Positions 21,476-32,142 of a DNA stretch of 32,142 bases are shown here, piece by piece. The notes under the pieces were generated by a model that was given only the letters and a program-made list of their open reading frames with translations, was not told the DNA's origin and ran no database searches. Both the position numbers and the translations under genes were made by a program. The DNA comes from Scyliorhinus canicula (lineage: Eukaryota), in contig NW_024055473.1 of assembly GCF_902713615.1 (NCBI RefSeq), positions 532,610 through 564,751 on the forward strand, given 5' to 3'. The first letter of the stretch is position 1; each line of letters starts with the position of its first letter.

Positions 21476-21510
21476 CACCTGAGGAAGGAGCAGTGCTCCG
21501 AAAGATAGTG
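21476..21510 (+). ncRNA. Minimal hammerhead ribozyme motif with a broken stem III
   Basis: Same motif, but AGCU is changed to AGAU, which breaks the stem III palindrome. Confidence 0.55.
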
Positions 21511-21739
21511 TTTGAAGCAAACCTGTTGGACTGTAACCTGGTGTTGTAAGACTTCTTCCTGAGCTCACCCCAGTCCAACGCCGGCATCTCCACATCACGA
21601 TTAATATTGGTATTATCTCGCACAGTAATAACTAAAACAGAGAGAAGCGCATCATTTACAGGTACAGAAACTGGCATTAAACAAACAGAGCCGGCGGTAT
21701 CCCGAGATTCCTAAAACAGGGCCTTGATTAATACAAGTG

Positions 21740-21970
21740 GAGACGGTGTGGTGCAGTGGAAACCGATAATTTCCTCCCACAGTCCAAAGATGCGCAGGTT
21801 AGATGGATTGGCCATTCTGAAAGATTTCCCCTGAGTGGGCAAAGGTTAGGTGGTGTTATGGGGATAGGATGGAGGAGGGGTCCTCAGTGGGGTGCCGTTT
21901 TGGAGGTCGGGTGCAGACTCGATGGGCCGACTGGCCTCTTTCTGCACTGTCGGGATTCTATGATTCTATG
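21740..21970 (+). mobile_element. V-SINE with internal deletion
   Basis: TTTCCTCCCACAGTCCAAAGATGCGCAGGTTAG V-domain and a matching 3' end. Confidence 0.7.
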
Positions 21971-22384
21971 AAAAGACCGGGATTCACAATAACTGGGGCA
22001 GGGTTCAAATACAGGGGTTACTGTTACAGGGTAAATATTCATAATAGCGGAGACAGCAGCAATGATTAATGGAAGAACGTCCAGAATCAGGGACACAGTC
22101 TAAGGATATAGATGTGGAGAAATTTATTGACCTAGAGCGGTGAACCTGTGGAATTCTCTACCACACAAAACAGTTGAGGCCAAAACATTGTATGTTTACT
22201 GGAAGGAATTATATATATAGTTCTTGTGCCTATCGGGATCATACGATATGGAGGGAAAGCGACGACAGTTCACTGAGTTGGATGATCAGCCACGATCAGA
22301 ATGAATGGAAGAGCAAGTTCAAGGGGCCGAACGGCCTACTCCTTCACCTATTGTCTATGCTTCTACACGTCTGTTTCTATGTAA

Positions 22385-22660
22385 TGCAACAAAGGCTAAA
22401 TTCTATATAAACTGAAACAGGGTCTGCTGCAGTAATTCCTGATACAAGGTCTACACTAATATAAACTGAGACAAGGCCGAGTGCAGTGATTTCTGAGGGG
22501 AGGGGGTCTTCAATTATGTAAATTTAGACAGGGTTCTCGAGCACTAATTGCTGATAGAGCGTCGAGATTAATATAAAGTGAGACAGATTCTAGTGCCGTA
22601 ATTATTGATGCAGGGTCTAGATAACGAAAACTGAGATAAGGTCTAATGCAGTGACTACTG
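22385..22660 (+). repeat. Degenerate ~52-bp (2 x ~26) AT-rich minisatellite
   Basis: Alternating GGGTCTAGTGCAGTGATTACTGATACA and GGGTCTAGATTAATATAAACTGAGACA-like units. More decayed copies lie at about 19280-20010 and 21980-22110. Confidence 0.75.
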
Positions 22661-22884
22661 ATTCAGGGTATACATTCGTACAAAGCGAGACAGGGTCGAT
22701 TGCAGGGACGGCCCAAGATTAATGTTAATCAATGTCGGGCCGAGTGTGATGTTCACCGTTACACGGTTGAGATTATATACATTCAGACAGATGTGCGTTT
22801 TTTCTGCGTGTTTGTCCGTGTGCCAGGACATTTTCACACCAAAATCCTGCACAAATAATTCCTTTGTTTTATACACCAATTAAT

Positions 22885-23300
22885 GGGACGGAGTATGGGG
22901 AACTTTACTCTCCACATACCCTGCGTTTTTCCTGCTCTGCAAGTATCTGATGGTAGGGCAAAGAGGAAGCTTTACTCTGTTCCTCACATGTGCTTTACCT
23001 GTCCTTGACATGTTAGATGGCGGATGTTGTGGAGGGGCTTTGCTCTGTACTGTACCTGTCCTTCGAGTATTTGAGGGGAGATTGTTCAGGGAAATTCATT
23101 CAGTAACTAAATGTTTATTGTTGAGGCCCTGGGAGTATATAATGGGACAGGTTTAGGAAGTTTTATTCTTTATCCAATCTGTGATGCATATGGCCTGAGA
23201 GTGTTTGCTGGTTCAGTGTGCAGGAAGGTTTGCTCTGTATACGACCCCGTCCTGTACCTGACCTGCGAGAAATTGACGGAATAGTTTAGAGAAGCAGAGC
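22885..23300 (+). repeat. Degenerate ~60-bp satellite
   Basis: Recurring GGAGCTTTACTCTGT...GTACCTG...GGGAGT.TTTGA units. A short copy lies at about 31200-31340. Confidence 0.65.
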
Positions 23301-23639
23301 GTTACTAAAGCTGTCCTTGGAATTCTGGTGGGACGCAGGGAATGGTAAGGTCTGGGACCAATGTCTTAATGTCTGTGTCATATTTGAAAAGTGAGCAAAA
23401 CGGATGCTCAGGTGATGAAAGGGGCAGTAGCAGAATGTGTAGAACAGTGACTAAGGGACAGAATACAGTGTAGATGTTAACAATTGTTTCAGATTGGGTG
23501 GGGTACAGAGTGTTATTCTCCAGTGGGTAATATTAGCAGCACTGCTTTTTCTGTTATATATTAATAGACAGGACTCGGGACTCGGGCTCACAGGATATCA
23601 ATTGAAAAGTTGCATATGTTTCCCAAATCGGAAATGCAG

Positions 23640-24636
23640 TAAACAGGGAAGACGATTACATAGATAGATACATAGAAGTTAGGAGCAGGAGGAGGCCTTT
23701 TGGCCCTTCGAGCCTGCTCCGCCATTTATCACGATCATGGCTGATCATCCAAGTCAATAGCCTAATCCTGCTTTCTTCCCATAGCCTTTGATCCCATTCT
23801 CCCCAAGTGCTATATCCAGCCGCCTCTTGAATGTATTCAATGTTTTGGGATCAACTATTTCCTGTGGTCATGAATTCCACAGACTCACCACTCTTTCAAC
23901 ATAGAACATTACAGCGCAGTACAGGCCTTCGGCCCTCGATGTCACGCCGACCTGTGAAACCACTCTAAATCCCATCTACACTATTCTCTTATCGTCCATA
24001 TGTCTATCCAATTACCATTTGAATGCCCTAAGTGTTCGCGAGTCCACGACTGTTGCAGGCAGGGCATTCCACGACCTGACTACTCTCTGAGTAAAGAACC
24101 TACCTCTGGCATCTGTCCTATATCTATCTCCCCTCAATTAAAAGCTATGTCCCCTCGTGCTAGACATCACCATCCGAGGGAAATGGCTCTCACTGTCCAG
24201 CCTATCTAATCCTCTGATCATCTTGTATGCCTCAATTAAGTCAATTAAGATCTTCCCTCCATACCAGGCAACATCTTGGTAAATCTCCTCTGCACCCTTT
24301 CCAATGCTCCCACATCCTTCCTATAATGCGGCGATCAGAATTGAACGCAATACTCCAAATGCGGCAGCACCAGATTCGTACAGCTGCAACATGACCTCAT
24401 GGCTCCGAAACTCAATCCCTTTACCAATAAAAACTAACACACCGTATGCCTTCTTAACAACCATCTCAACCTGTGTGGCAACTTTCAGGGATCTACGTAC
24501 ATGGACACCGAGATCTCTCTGCTCATCCACACTACCAAGATTCTTCCCATTAGCACACTACCCTGTCTTACTGTTATTCCTTCCAAAATGAATCACCTCA
24601 CACTTTTCTGCATTGAACTCTATTTGCCACCTCTCA
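23640..24636 (-). mobile_element. Cluster of nested CR1 LINE 3' fragments
   Basis: Several CR1 tails plus ORF remnant EQRDLGVHVRRSLKVATQVEMVVKKAYG (24321-24530). Confidence 0.75.
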
Positions 24637-24640
24637 ACCA

Positions 24641-25290
24641 CCCGTGTGTTAAGCACCTTGGACTTTGCCCTCGTGAACCCTTGCCAGAACTCTCTATGCT
24701 CCGGGCATGCCCAAAACATGTGTATGCACATGGTTTGCAGGGCTGCCCTTGCATCTCATACAACTGTCTTCTACCCCAAAAAACTTGCTCATTCTCGCTG
24801 CTGTCATGTGGGCCCGGTGGACCACCTTAAATTGAATTAGACTGAGCCTGGCACATGATGAGGAGGAATTAACCCTGCCCAGAACCTTTGCCCACAGATC
24901 CGCTTCCAACTCCTCACCAACTCGTCCTCCCACTTGCCCTTCAGCTGCTCCACCGGGGTTTCCTCCGCCTCCTGTAGTTCCTGGTAGATATCCGACACCT
25001 TCCCCTCCCCCACCCAGGTGCCGGAGACTACCCTGTCCTGTATCCTCAGTGGCGGCAGCGTCGGAAAGGCCACAACCTGTTTTTTCAGGAAGGCTCGTGC
25101 TTGCAGATATTTTAAGGCGTTTCCTGGTGGCAGATTAAATTTGTCCTCTACCGCCTTCAAACTGGGAGAGCTTCCGTCTATGAACAGATCTCCCATCCTT
25201 CAGATGCCTGCCCTCTGCCAGCTCTGGAACCCACCATCCATCCTACCCGGGACAAACCTGTGGCTGTTGCATGAGGACAGAGCATCCAGG
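24641..25290 (-). mobile_element. L1/Tx1-group LINE ORF2 C-terminal fragment
   Basis: ...KYLQARAFL...IQFKVVHRAHMT...CMRCKGSPANH.HMFWACP CCHC region, frameshifted. Confidence 0.8.
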
Positions 25291-25940
25291 GTTGTCAATG
25301 GAAGTCAAGGACAGCATAAAAGCAAAGGAATAAGCATACAATGTGGCGAAGATTAATGGGATGCCAAAGGATGTGGAAGGATGCAGAGAGGCTGCAAAAA
25401 GACCTGGTCAGGCTAAGAAACGATCTGCTGGCCTTGGAGAAGCTCCCGAGGAGATTCACAAGACTGATCCTCGGAATGACTGGCTTGTCATATGAGGAGC
25501 GCTTGAGGACTCTGGGTCTGTACTGAATAGAGTTTAGAAGGATGAGGTGCTGTGAGGGGAGTGGGGGCGGGGGGGGGGGGGCGGGGGTGGGGTCACATTG
25601 ATAGTTATAGAATAGTGAGAGGCCTAGTAGGTGAAACTAGAACCCGAGGTCACAGCCTCAGATTTAAGGGACGAGCCTTCAAAACTGAGAGGAGGAACAA
25701 TTTATTCAGCCAGAGTGTCTTGAATCTGTGGAACTCAGTCCCGCAGCAGGCTGTGGAGGCCAAATCACTGAGTGTCTTTAAGATAGAGATAGACAGGCTC
25801 TTGATTAATAAGGGGACAGGGATTATGGGGAGAAGGCGGATAAGGGGACCAGGGATTATGGGGAGAATGGGGATTAGAAACATAACAGTCTGATTGAATT
25901 CGAAGCAGGCTGGATGGACTGAAAGGCCGGGTTCAACTCC
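25291..25940 (+). mobile_element. Degenerate CR1 3' fragment
   Basis: RRFTRLILGMTGLSYEERLRTLGLY and ETRTRGHSLRFKG remnants. Confidence 0.75.
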
Positions 25941-26084
25941 TATGTTTTATGATTTTATGGGAGGAAAACCATATATGGACGATCTTAGAATAGATAGGTG
26001 CTTGATTGCCGTTTCAGATATGGTGGGTGGAAGGGCATCTTTATTTCCTCTATATCTCTCAGACTCCATGACTCTATGACAGGG

Positions 26085-26340
26085 TCAAAAACAATAATCA
26101 CTAATATAGGATGTAGATTAACCTAAATTGAGATTGAATCTCGTGCAGTGATTTTTGATACAGGGTCCAGATTACCATAAACTGAGACAGGTTCTAGTGC
26201 AGCGATTACTCATACACAGATTGATTAAACTTAAATGAGATAGGATCTAAAGCAGTAATTATTGATACAGGATCTAGAATATTATAAACTGAGGCAGGGT
26301 CTATTGCAGTCATTCCTGGTCAGGGTCTGGATTAAACATG
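26085..26340 (+). repeat. Degenerate ~52-bp minisatellite
   Basis: Same unit as 22385-22660. Confidence 0.75.
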
Positions 26341-26999
26341 TGTAAAGAGTTATTCAGGCAGATTATCAAAAAGTGGTTGACGAGGCAAGTTATGGGATGA
26401 TTTTAATAAGGGAATTGAGGTAAAGAGGAGTAGGGAATTAATACCAGAGCTTAGGATCGAGGGTATGACGGCATCGCAAAGTGAACCAAATAATTCTGAA
26501 GATAACAATACGTCTTGGTCGATTGGAGTTGCAAAAATTAAGACAAATGTTTCATATTCACACCTACACTAACGACCAATACGTTTGTGCAGCGATTTAG
26601 TTGCTCTTCGAACCAGATGAGTGTTGTATGATTGGGTGGCCATTTCTCCTTTGGGTGCCCACCATTACCATCGTGGCGATACTGTGAGAACACGGTTCTG
26701 TCTAACTCTGCCAGTGCATCAGGTGATTGGTTAACATAAATCGAGAGACAACAGGAACATGGTCCGGTGTAATATCAACAGAGACAGGCCCTGGTGAGAT
26801 GTAAAGATACAAATCCCTGTGGAATATAGAAGAGGCGGAACTTAATGTAATATAATCCTATGCATGTTCTTGCGTGTTATTAATTGAGTGCAGCACAAAC
26901 AGTACAGTGTAGTATAGACAGGGACAGGGGTTACTTTAACAGTGATAAAGACAGGGTCTCATTCAACATGAGGAGTAACAGATCTGATGTAATACAGTG

Positions 27000-27540
27000 A
27001 CATAGAAAATAGAGCAGAAGTGGACCATTGTGCCCTTCGAGCCTGCTCCGCTGTTCATTATGATCATGGCACCTCAGTAGCCTGTTCCCGCTTTCACCCA
27101 CATCATTTGGTCCCTTCAGAGCTTTGATCCCCAAGAGCTATATCTAACTCCTTCAAAACATACAATACTTTGGACTTAACTTCGTTCTGTGGTACAGAAT
27201 TCCACAGGCTATCGACTCCCAGGGTGGAGTTATTGCCCCTCATTCAGTCCTAAATAGTTTACCCGTATCCTTAGACAGTGACCCCTGGTTCTATCTCCCC
27301 CACCATCGGGACCATCCTTTCTGCATCCGCCCTGTCACGTCCTGTTTCAATTTGATAGGTTTATAATCAGAGGGGATTTAATATTTCATCAATTCGTGTC
27401 TTCTGATTCTCCTACCAGCGAATCAAGTTTTTCCTAATAAATCAAACAAAACCCTTCATAATTGTGACCATTGTTACACCCCTCCCAAAAACTGCTCGGT
27501 TCTAAGGAAAACAATCCCAGCTTCCAACCGCTCTAACCTT
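27000..27540 (-). mobile_element. Degenerate CR1 3' fragment
   Basis: CR1 3' UTR GGACCATTGTGCCCTTCGAGCCTGCTCCGC and GTACAGAATTCCACAGG motifs. Confidence 0.65.
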
Positions 27541-27685
27541 GCAGCTCATGAACTGGAAAGGCCCAGTTGTAATATTTTTCTGCCTTTCTTGTGTTCAGAT
27601 GCTATTTTTGGAATTACTGACATTTTATATGGAGCCAGTAGAATTCCCGTTCACCATTACCATCGTGTCCGAATTAGACACAAGA

Positions 27686-28056
27686 CGGGCCAGCACGGTG
27701 GTGCAGTGGTTAGCACTGCTGTTCACTGCGTCGAGTGACCAGGTTAGACCCCGTCTCTCGGTCCATCTCCACGTGGAGTTTGCACATTCTCCCCGTCTCT
27801 GCGTGGGTTTCAACCCAAAACTTAAAGATGTTGCAGGGTAGGTTGACTGGCTGTGCTAGTCAACCTAGCACCTAGGTGGGGGGGGGGGGGGGGGAGGAGG
27901 GGGGGGGGAGGGGGGGGAGGTGGGGGGGGGGGGAGGGGGGGGAGGTGGGGGGGGGAGGGGGGGGAGGTGGGGGGGGGTGGATACGTGGGTTTGAGTAGTG
28001 TGATCATTGCTCGGCACAACATCAAGGGCCTGTTCTGTGCTGTACTGTTCTATGTT
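27686..28056 (+). mobile_element. HE1-like V-SINE with an expanded G-rich tract (about 27875-27980)
   Basis: tRNA head GCACGGTGGTGCAGTGGTTAGCAC. The 3' end matches the 6762 copy. Confidence 0.8.
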
Positions 28057-28730
28057 CTATTATTACTGGACTGGTAATCTGGAGGCCTGAACTATTACTT
28101 CAGAGACTCGAGTACAAATTCCATCAGAGCATATTGCAATGATGTGAGCAAAGGGTAGATATTTTGGAGGTGGTGCAGAGAAGGTTCATTAGGTTAATCT
28201 CGGGTATGGATGGATTTTCATCGGTAGCTGAAATTTCACAGCACTGAAAGAGGTTCTTCGGCCCATCGTTACTGCTCCTGTCATCAAATAGAGAAGAACC
28301 CGGCCCTGGATAGTCTTGAAACACAGATCTCTCGGTTGCAGCGAAAAACGTTGACCAATTGCACCACAGAGACTGGCATGTGGAGAGCGTTAGTAGGGAA
28401 GACCTACACACATTGAAGTTTAGAAATGAGAGGCGAACTGACTGAGATATGTAGTATTTTCAAGGAGCTTGACAATGTGGATGCTCGAGGTTGTTTCTGC
28501 TTGTGGGTGAGTCTGGGACCGTAGGGCACCATCTCAGAGTAAGGTGTCGCTCATTTCAGACGAGGATGGAGCGGAATTTCGTCTCTCAGTGGGGAGTGAT
28601 TCTATGGTGCAGAGAATTGGAGAGGCCGGGTCAATAATATGTCCAAGGCTGAGACAGACAGATTTTTCATCAGTAAGGGAATCAATGGTTATGGGGATAA
28701 GGCGGAACAGTGTAGTTTAGGATCTTATCA

Positions 28731-29359
28731 TTTATCTCAAGAGGGTTGGAATATAAAAGCAGCGATGTGCTACTGAGCCTTATAAAGGCTCTGGTTAGGC
28801 CGCATTTGGAGTACTGTGTCCAGTTTTGGGCCCCACATCTCAGGAAGGACATACTGGCACTGGAGCGTGTCCAGCGGAGATTCACACGGATGATCCCTGG
28901 AATGGCGGGTCTAACATATGAGGAACGGCTGAGGATCCTGGGATTGTATTCATTGGAGTTTAGAAGGTTAAGGGGAGATCTAATAGAAACTTACAAGATA
29001 ATACATGGCTTAGAAAGGGTGGACGCAAAGAAACTGTTTCCGTTAGGTGAGGAGACGAGGACCCGTGGGCACAGCCTTAGAATTAGAGGGGGTAAATTCA
29101 GAACAGAAATGCGGAGACATTTCTTCAGCCAGAGAGTGGTGGCCTGTGGAATTCATTGCCGCGGAGTGCAGTGGAGGCCGGGACGCTAAATGACTTCAAG
29201 GCAGAGATAGATAAATTCTTGATGTCGCGAGGAATTAAGGGCTACGGGGAGAATGCTGGTAGGTGGAGTTGAAATGCCCATCAGCCATGATTGAATGGCG
29301 GAGTGGACTCGATGGGCCAAATGGCCTTACTTCCACTCCTATGTCTTATGGTCTTATGG
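28731..29359 (+). mobile_element. Young CR1 3' fragment nested in an older CR1
   Basis: ORF 28746-29189, (TCTTATGG)n tail, and TSD-like TCTTATCA at 28723-28730 and 29360-29367. The older CR1 spans about 28400-28730 and 29368-29445. Confidence 0.88.
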
Positions 29360-31697
29360 TCTTATCAGATCAGCCACGATCTCATTGAATGGCAGATCAT
29401 ATTCCATGGGCCGATTGGCCACTTTCTCCTCCTACATCTTATGGTTTGAAAATGAAAATCGTTTATTGTCATGAATAGGCTTCAATGAAGTTACTGTGAA
29501 AAGCCCCTAGTCGCCACATTCCGGCGCCTGTCCGGGGAGGCTGGTACGGGAATCAAACCATGCTGCTGGCTTGCTTGGTCTGCTTTAAAAGCCAGCGATT
29601 TAACCCAGTGAGCTAAACCAGCACCTTGTTTTATGGCAGTTGGGGGCCTTTCAATTGAATGAATTAATAAATCAGAAATAAAACTGTTGCATCATTCATA
29701 ATACTCATGAAGCTAGCAAAATTTTCCAAAGCCCAGCAGGTTCACCAATGTCCTTCAGGAGAAGAACTCTTCCCTCCTTCCCCTATCTTTCCTCTATGTG
29801 TCTAGTTCAGCAGTGATGTGGTTGACGCTTAACTATCTCTGATATTGCCGAGCAAGCCAATCAGTTCAAGGGTTGCTGCCACAGAAATCAGGTGTGAATT
29901 CAACCGTCCGAAGTGAACCTTATCAAAATGGTGGTTCACATCCGGCTTCTCAGGATGGACAGTTAATGCTGACTGTGTCAGTGAGGGTCATATTCCGAGA
30001 ATAAATGTTTAAAACTGTGCAAAGTGCTGCAGATTCCGGAAATCTAAAACAAAAACAAAAAGAGGCTGCTCAGCAGGCCTGTGGGCATCAGCTGAGAGAG
30101 AAGGAGATTCACATTTCAGGTGGATTACCTCATTGACATAATGCTAAAGAGCAGAGCTGCTTTTCCCAGTATCCTCGACCAATGTCCGTTCTTGAACTAA
30201 AATCACAGATTAGCTGGTCACTTATCAGATCTCAGTATGTGGGAGCTTGCTGTGCACAAATTGTCTGCCCTGTTTCCAACATTATAGCAGTGACTAAATT
30301 CAGCAAAAATATATCAGCGAGTTTTCAGGGCGTTGGGGTGACCTGAAGTCGGGTAAAGCGTTTTACAAAAGCAAGCTCTTTCCAAACGTTTACATTTTAA
30401 AATGCAGGTTGTAATATGTTGAAAGATCTGAGATTAATGTGACTATGGGTCACTCCTCTGCCTGATGTTTTAATATATCTCCTTTAAATCGGTTAATGTT
30501 TCAATTAAATTAATATTCAGAGGAATAATAGCCTGGTTAAAGATGATTATTAATTGAGGCATCAGAACTTCCAGAATTAATATTGAATTTAAATTTATTT
30601 TATTTTAATTACATAACATCTGTTCTAATGGATGTTTCTATACGTTTCAACCAACTGTCAATATTCTTAAAAAAACCGCTATTTTGAGTTGAACCGAATC
30701 AATAAATGACTGTTTTGTCTAGTTTTGTTGATACGAACACTTCATTGTAACCAGTGAGGTGTTTATGTAAATAAACACAGAAATAGAAGTCCCAGATTAA
30801 ATTATACACTGACAAAAACACAACAACTATTTCCCCACCGACACAGCACAGAAATAAAGGCAAAGACGTAAATAGATCAACGGATTCCAGTAATGATTGT
30901 TTTGACATTTGTTTCTTCATCAGTTATATGAGACAAATGTCATCATGATATCCATGTTCAGAATTAGGAAAGTGTCCCTCTGATCTCGAAATATAATGAC
31001 ATGCGAAATGTGTTCATAGAGTTTTCTAGTTCTCCTGTATCTGATATCTGTCCCTTTTTCCTAACTGGTTCTGTCTCATGTCTCTCCACGATGGGTCATT
31101 GCCTTCAATCGGAAACATGAAGTCAACATGTGCCGAATATAATCTCTCAGTGCAATCTCACCCATTGGCTTCCAACTAAATGGATCGAATCCAATGAATT
31201 GGAATACATAGACGGAGTTTTACTCTAAAATGTGGTTGGAGCATTCAATTACCTTGCAGTGTTTAATGAGAACTGTGGAGAAACATTTACCCGGTGTCTA
31301 ACCTGAACTGAACAGGGTGGTGAGGATTTGATGGCAGTGCCGAAGGATCTTTCCCTCTTTCTAACCAGGCTAACAGAGTTAGATAGTTTCTTGATTAATA
31401 AGGGGATCAGGGGTTACAGCGAGAAGGCAGGATATGATAGGCTTTTAGAAACATAACAGTCGTGATTGAATGTGGACACACTCGATTGGCCTAATCGTCG
31501 AATTCTGCTTCTGTGTCTTATAGTTTTATGGTAGGAACACCATTTATGGACTATCTTACAAAGACAGGTCCTTGATTGCCATCGCAGATATGGTGGGTGA
31601 AGGGCATCTTTCTGTATTATAAACCTCTAACTCTCCATGACGCCATGCCAAGGTCCAAAACGGTTATTACTCATATGGGGTGGTGATTAATCTAAAC

Positions 31698-31956
31698 TAA
31701 TCTAATAATATTTTTGTCACAAGTAAGCTGACATTAGCACTGCAATGAAGTCACTGTGAAAAGATCCCAGTTGCCACATTCCGCCGCCTGTTTGGGTACA
31801 CAGACGGAGAATTCAGATTGTCCAAATTACAGAACTGCACATCTTTCGGGGCTTGGGAGGAAACCGGAGCACCCAATGGAAACCCACGCAGACACGGGGA
31901 GAACGTGCCGACTCCGCACTGACTGGGAATCTGGAGCTGTGAAGCAACAGTGCTAC
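31698..31956 (-). mobile_element. V-SINE present only in the second copy of the internal duplication
   Basis: V-domain GGGAGGAAACCGGAGCACCC. Absent from the paralogous site near 26120. Confidence 0.75.
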
Positions 31957-32142
31957 TGAGATTGGATATAGTGCAGTGATTACTGATGCAAGGTCTCAAC
32001 TAGCATAAACCCAGACAGGTTCTAGTGCAGAAATTACTGATACAAAGGTTGATTGCCCTTAAATTATATAGAGCAGTGATTATGATTCAGGGTCTGGAAT
32101 ATTATAAACTGAGGCATGGTCTATTACAGTCATTTCTGCTGC
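31957..32142 (+). repeat. Degenerate ~52-bp minisatellite, continuing past the window end
   Basis: Same unit as 22385-22660 and 26085-26340. Confidence 0.75.

Larger units (their letters stand above)
20025..21595 (-). mobile_element. Penelope-like retroelement with inverted terminal segments and a GIY-YIG relic
   Basis: 13-bp TSD CACGATTAATATT (20012-20024 and 21596-21608). Minus-strand relic CKTCQII...CDSANVVSLIRCRKGCPEAWYIGET with stops. About 20027-20400 is an inverted copy of about 21185-21557. Confidence 0.9.

Noticed and set aside
21605-21640. TAT TAC TGT GCG AGA (YYCAR) on minus
   Set aside because: Lies in degenerate minisatellite, with no V framework upstream and no RSS even after removing the Penelope insert.
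26500-27680. Identical 16-mer CACCATTACCATCGTG (26660, 27652) and weak Ig-like peptides (PKGEMATQSYN, LIWFEEQ, I*NVSNSKNSI*)
   Set aside because: The flanks do not align, one 16-mer match in 32 kb is plausible by chance, and the key Cys/Trp positions are absent or stops.
27875-27980. Long G-rich tract with G-quadruplex potential
   Set aside because: Lies in the variable region of a SINE, like other poly-G/C tracts here, and is prone to sequencing error.
19280-32142. CRISPR-like or functional repeat array interpretation of the 26/52-bp repeats
   Set aside because: Vertebrate DNA; the units are degenerate and contiguous with no unique spacers, i.e. an ordinary minisatellite.

Overview
Eukaryotic genomic DNA, inferred to be elasmobranch (shark, catshark-like) from its HE1/V-SINE, Deu-domain SINE, CR1, Rex1/Babar and Penelope repeats. 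The first ~6.7 kb is a dense cluster of T-cell-receptor alpha/delta-type V segments in mixed orientation: one apparently functional V (1516-1965, minus, 23-RSS), one in-frame V lacking Cys23 and Trp41 (6103-6617, minus, 23-RSS), one inverted V split by a Penelope fragment (4023-4654, plus, 23-RSS), one frameshifted pseudogene with no RSS (251-698), and weaker relics. The remaining ~25 kb has no RSS-bearing segment that I could find. It is mostly transposons: a Rex1/Babar LINE with an unbroken 755-aa ORF, a Penelope element with inverted termini and a 13-bp TSD, CR1, L1 and L2/Crack fragments, SINEs and a MITE-like element. It also holds degenerate satellites, an internal duplication, a 757-N gap and a few possible Ig-superfamily exon relics. 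Three Penelope-borne minimal hammerhead ribozyme motifs and a perfect 26-bp hairpin are visible. I found no D, canonical J, C, IgH-V or NAR-TCR segment, and no convincing new biological system. The novel-looking leads are listed as hypotheses. Repeat boundaries are approximate, read by eye.
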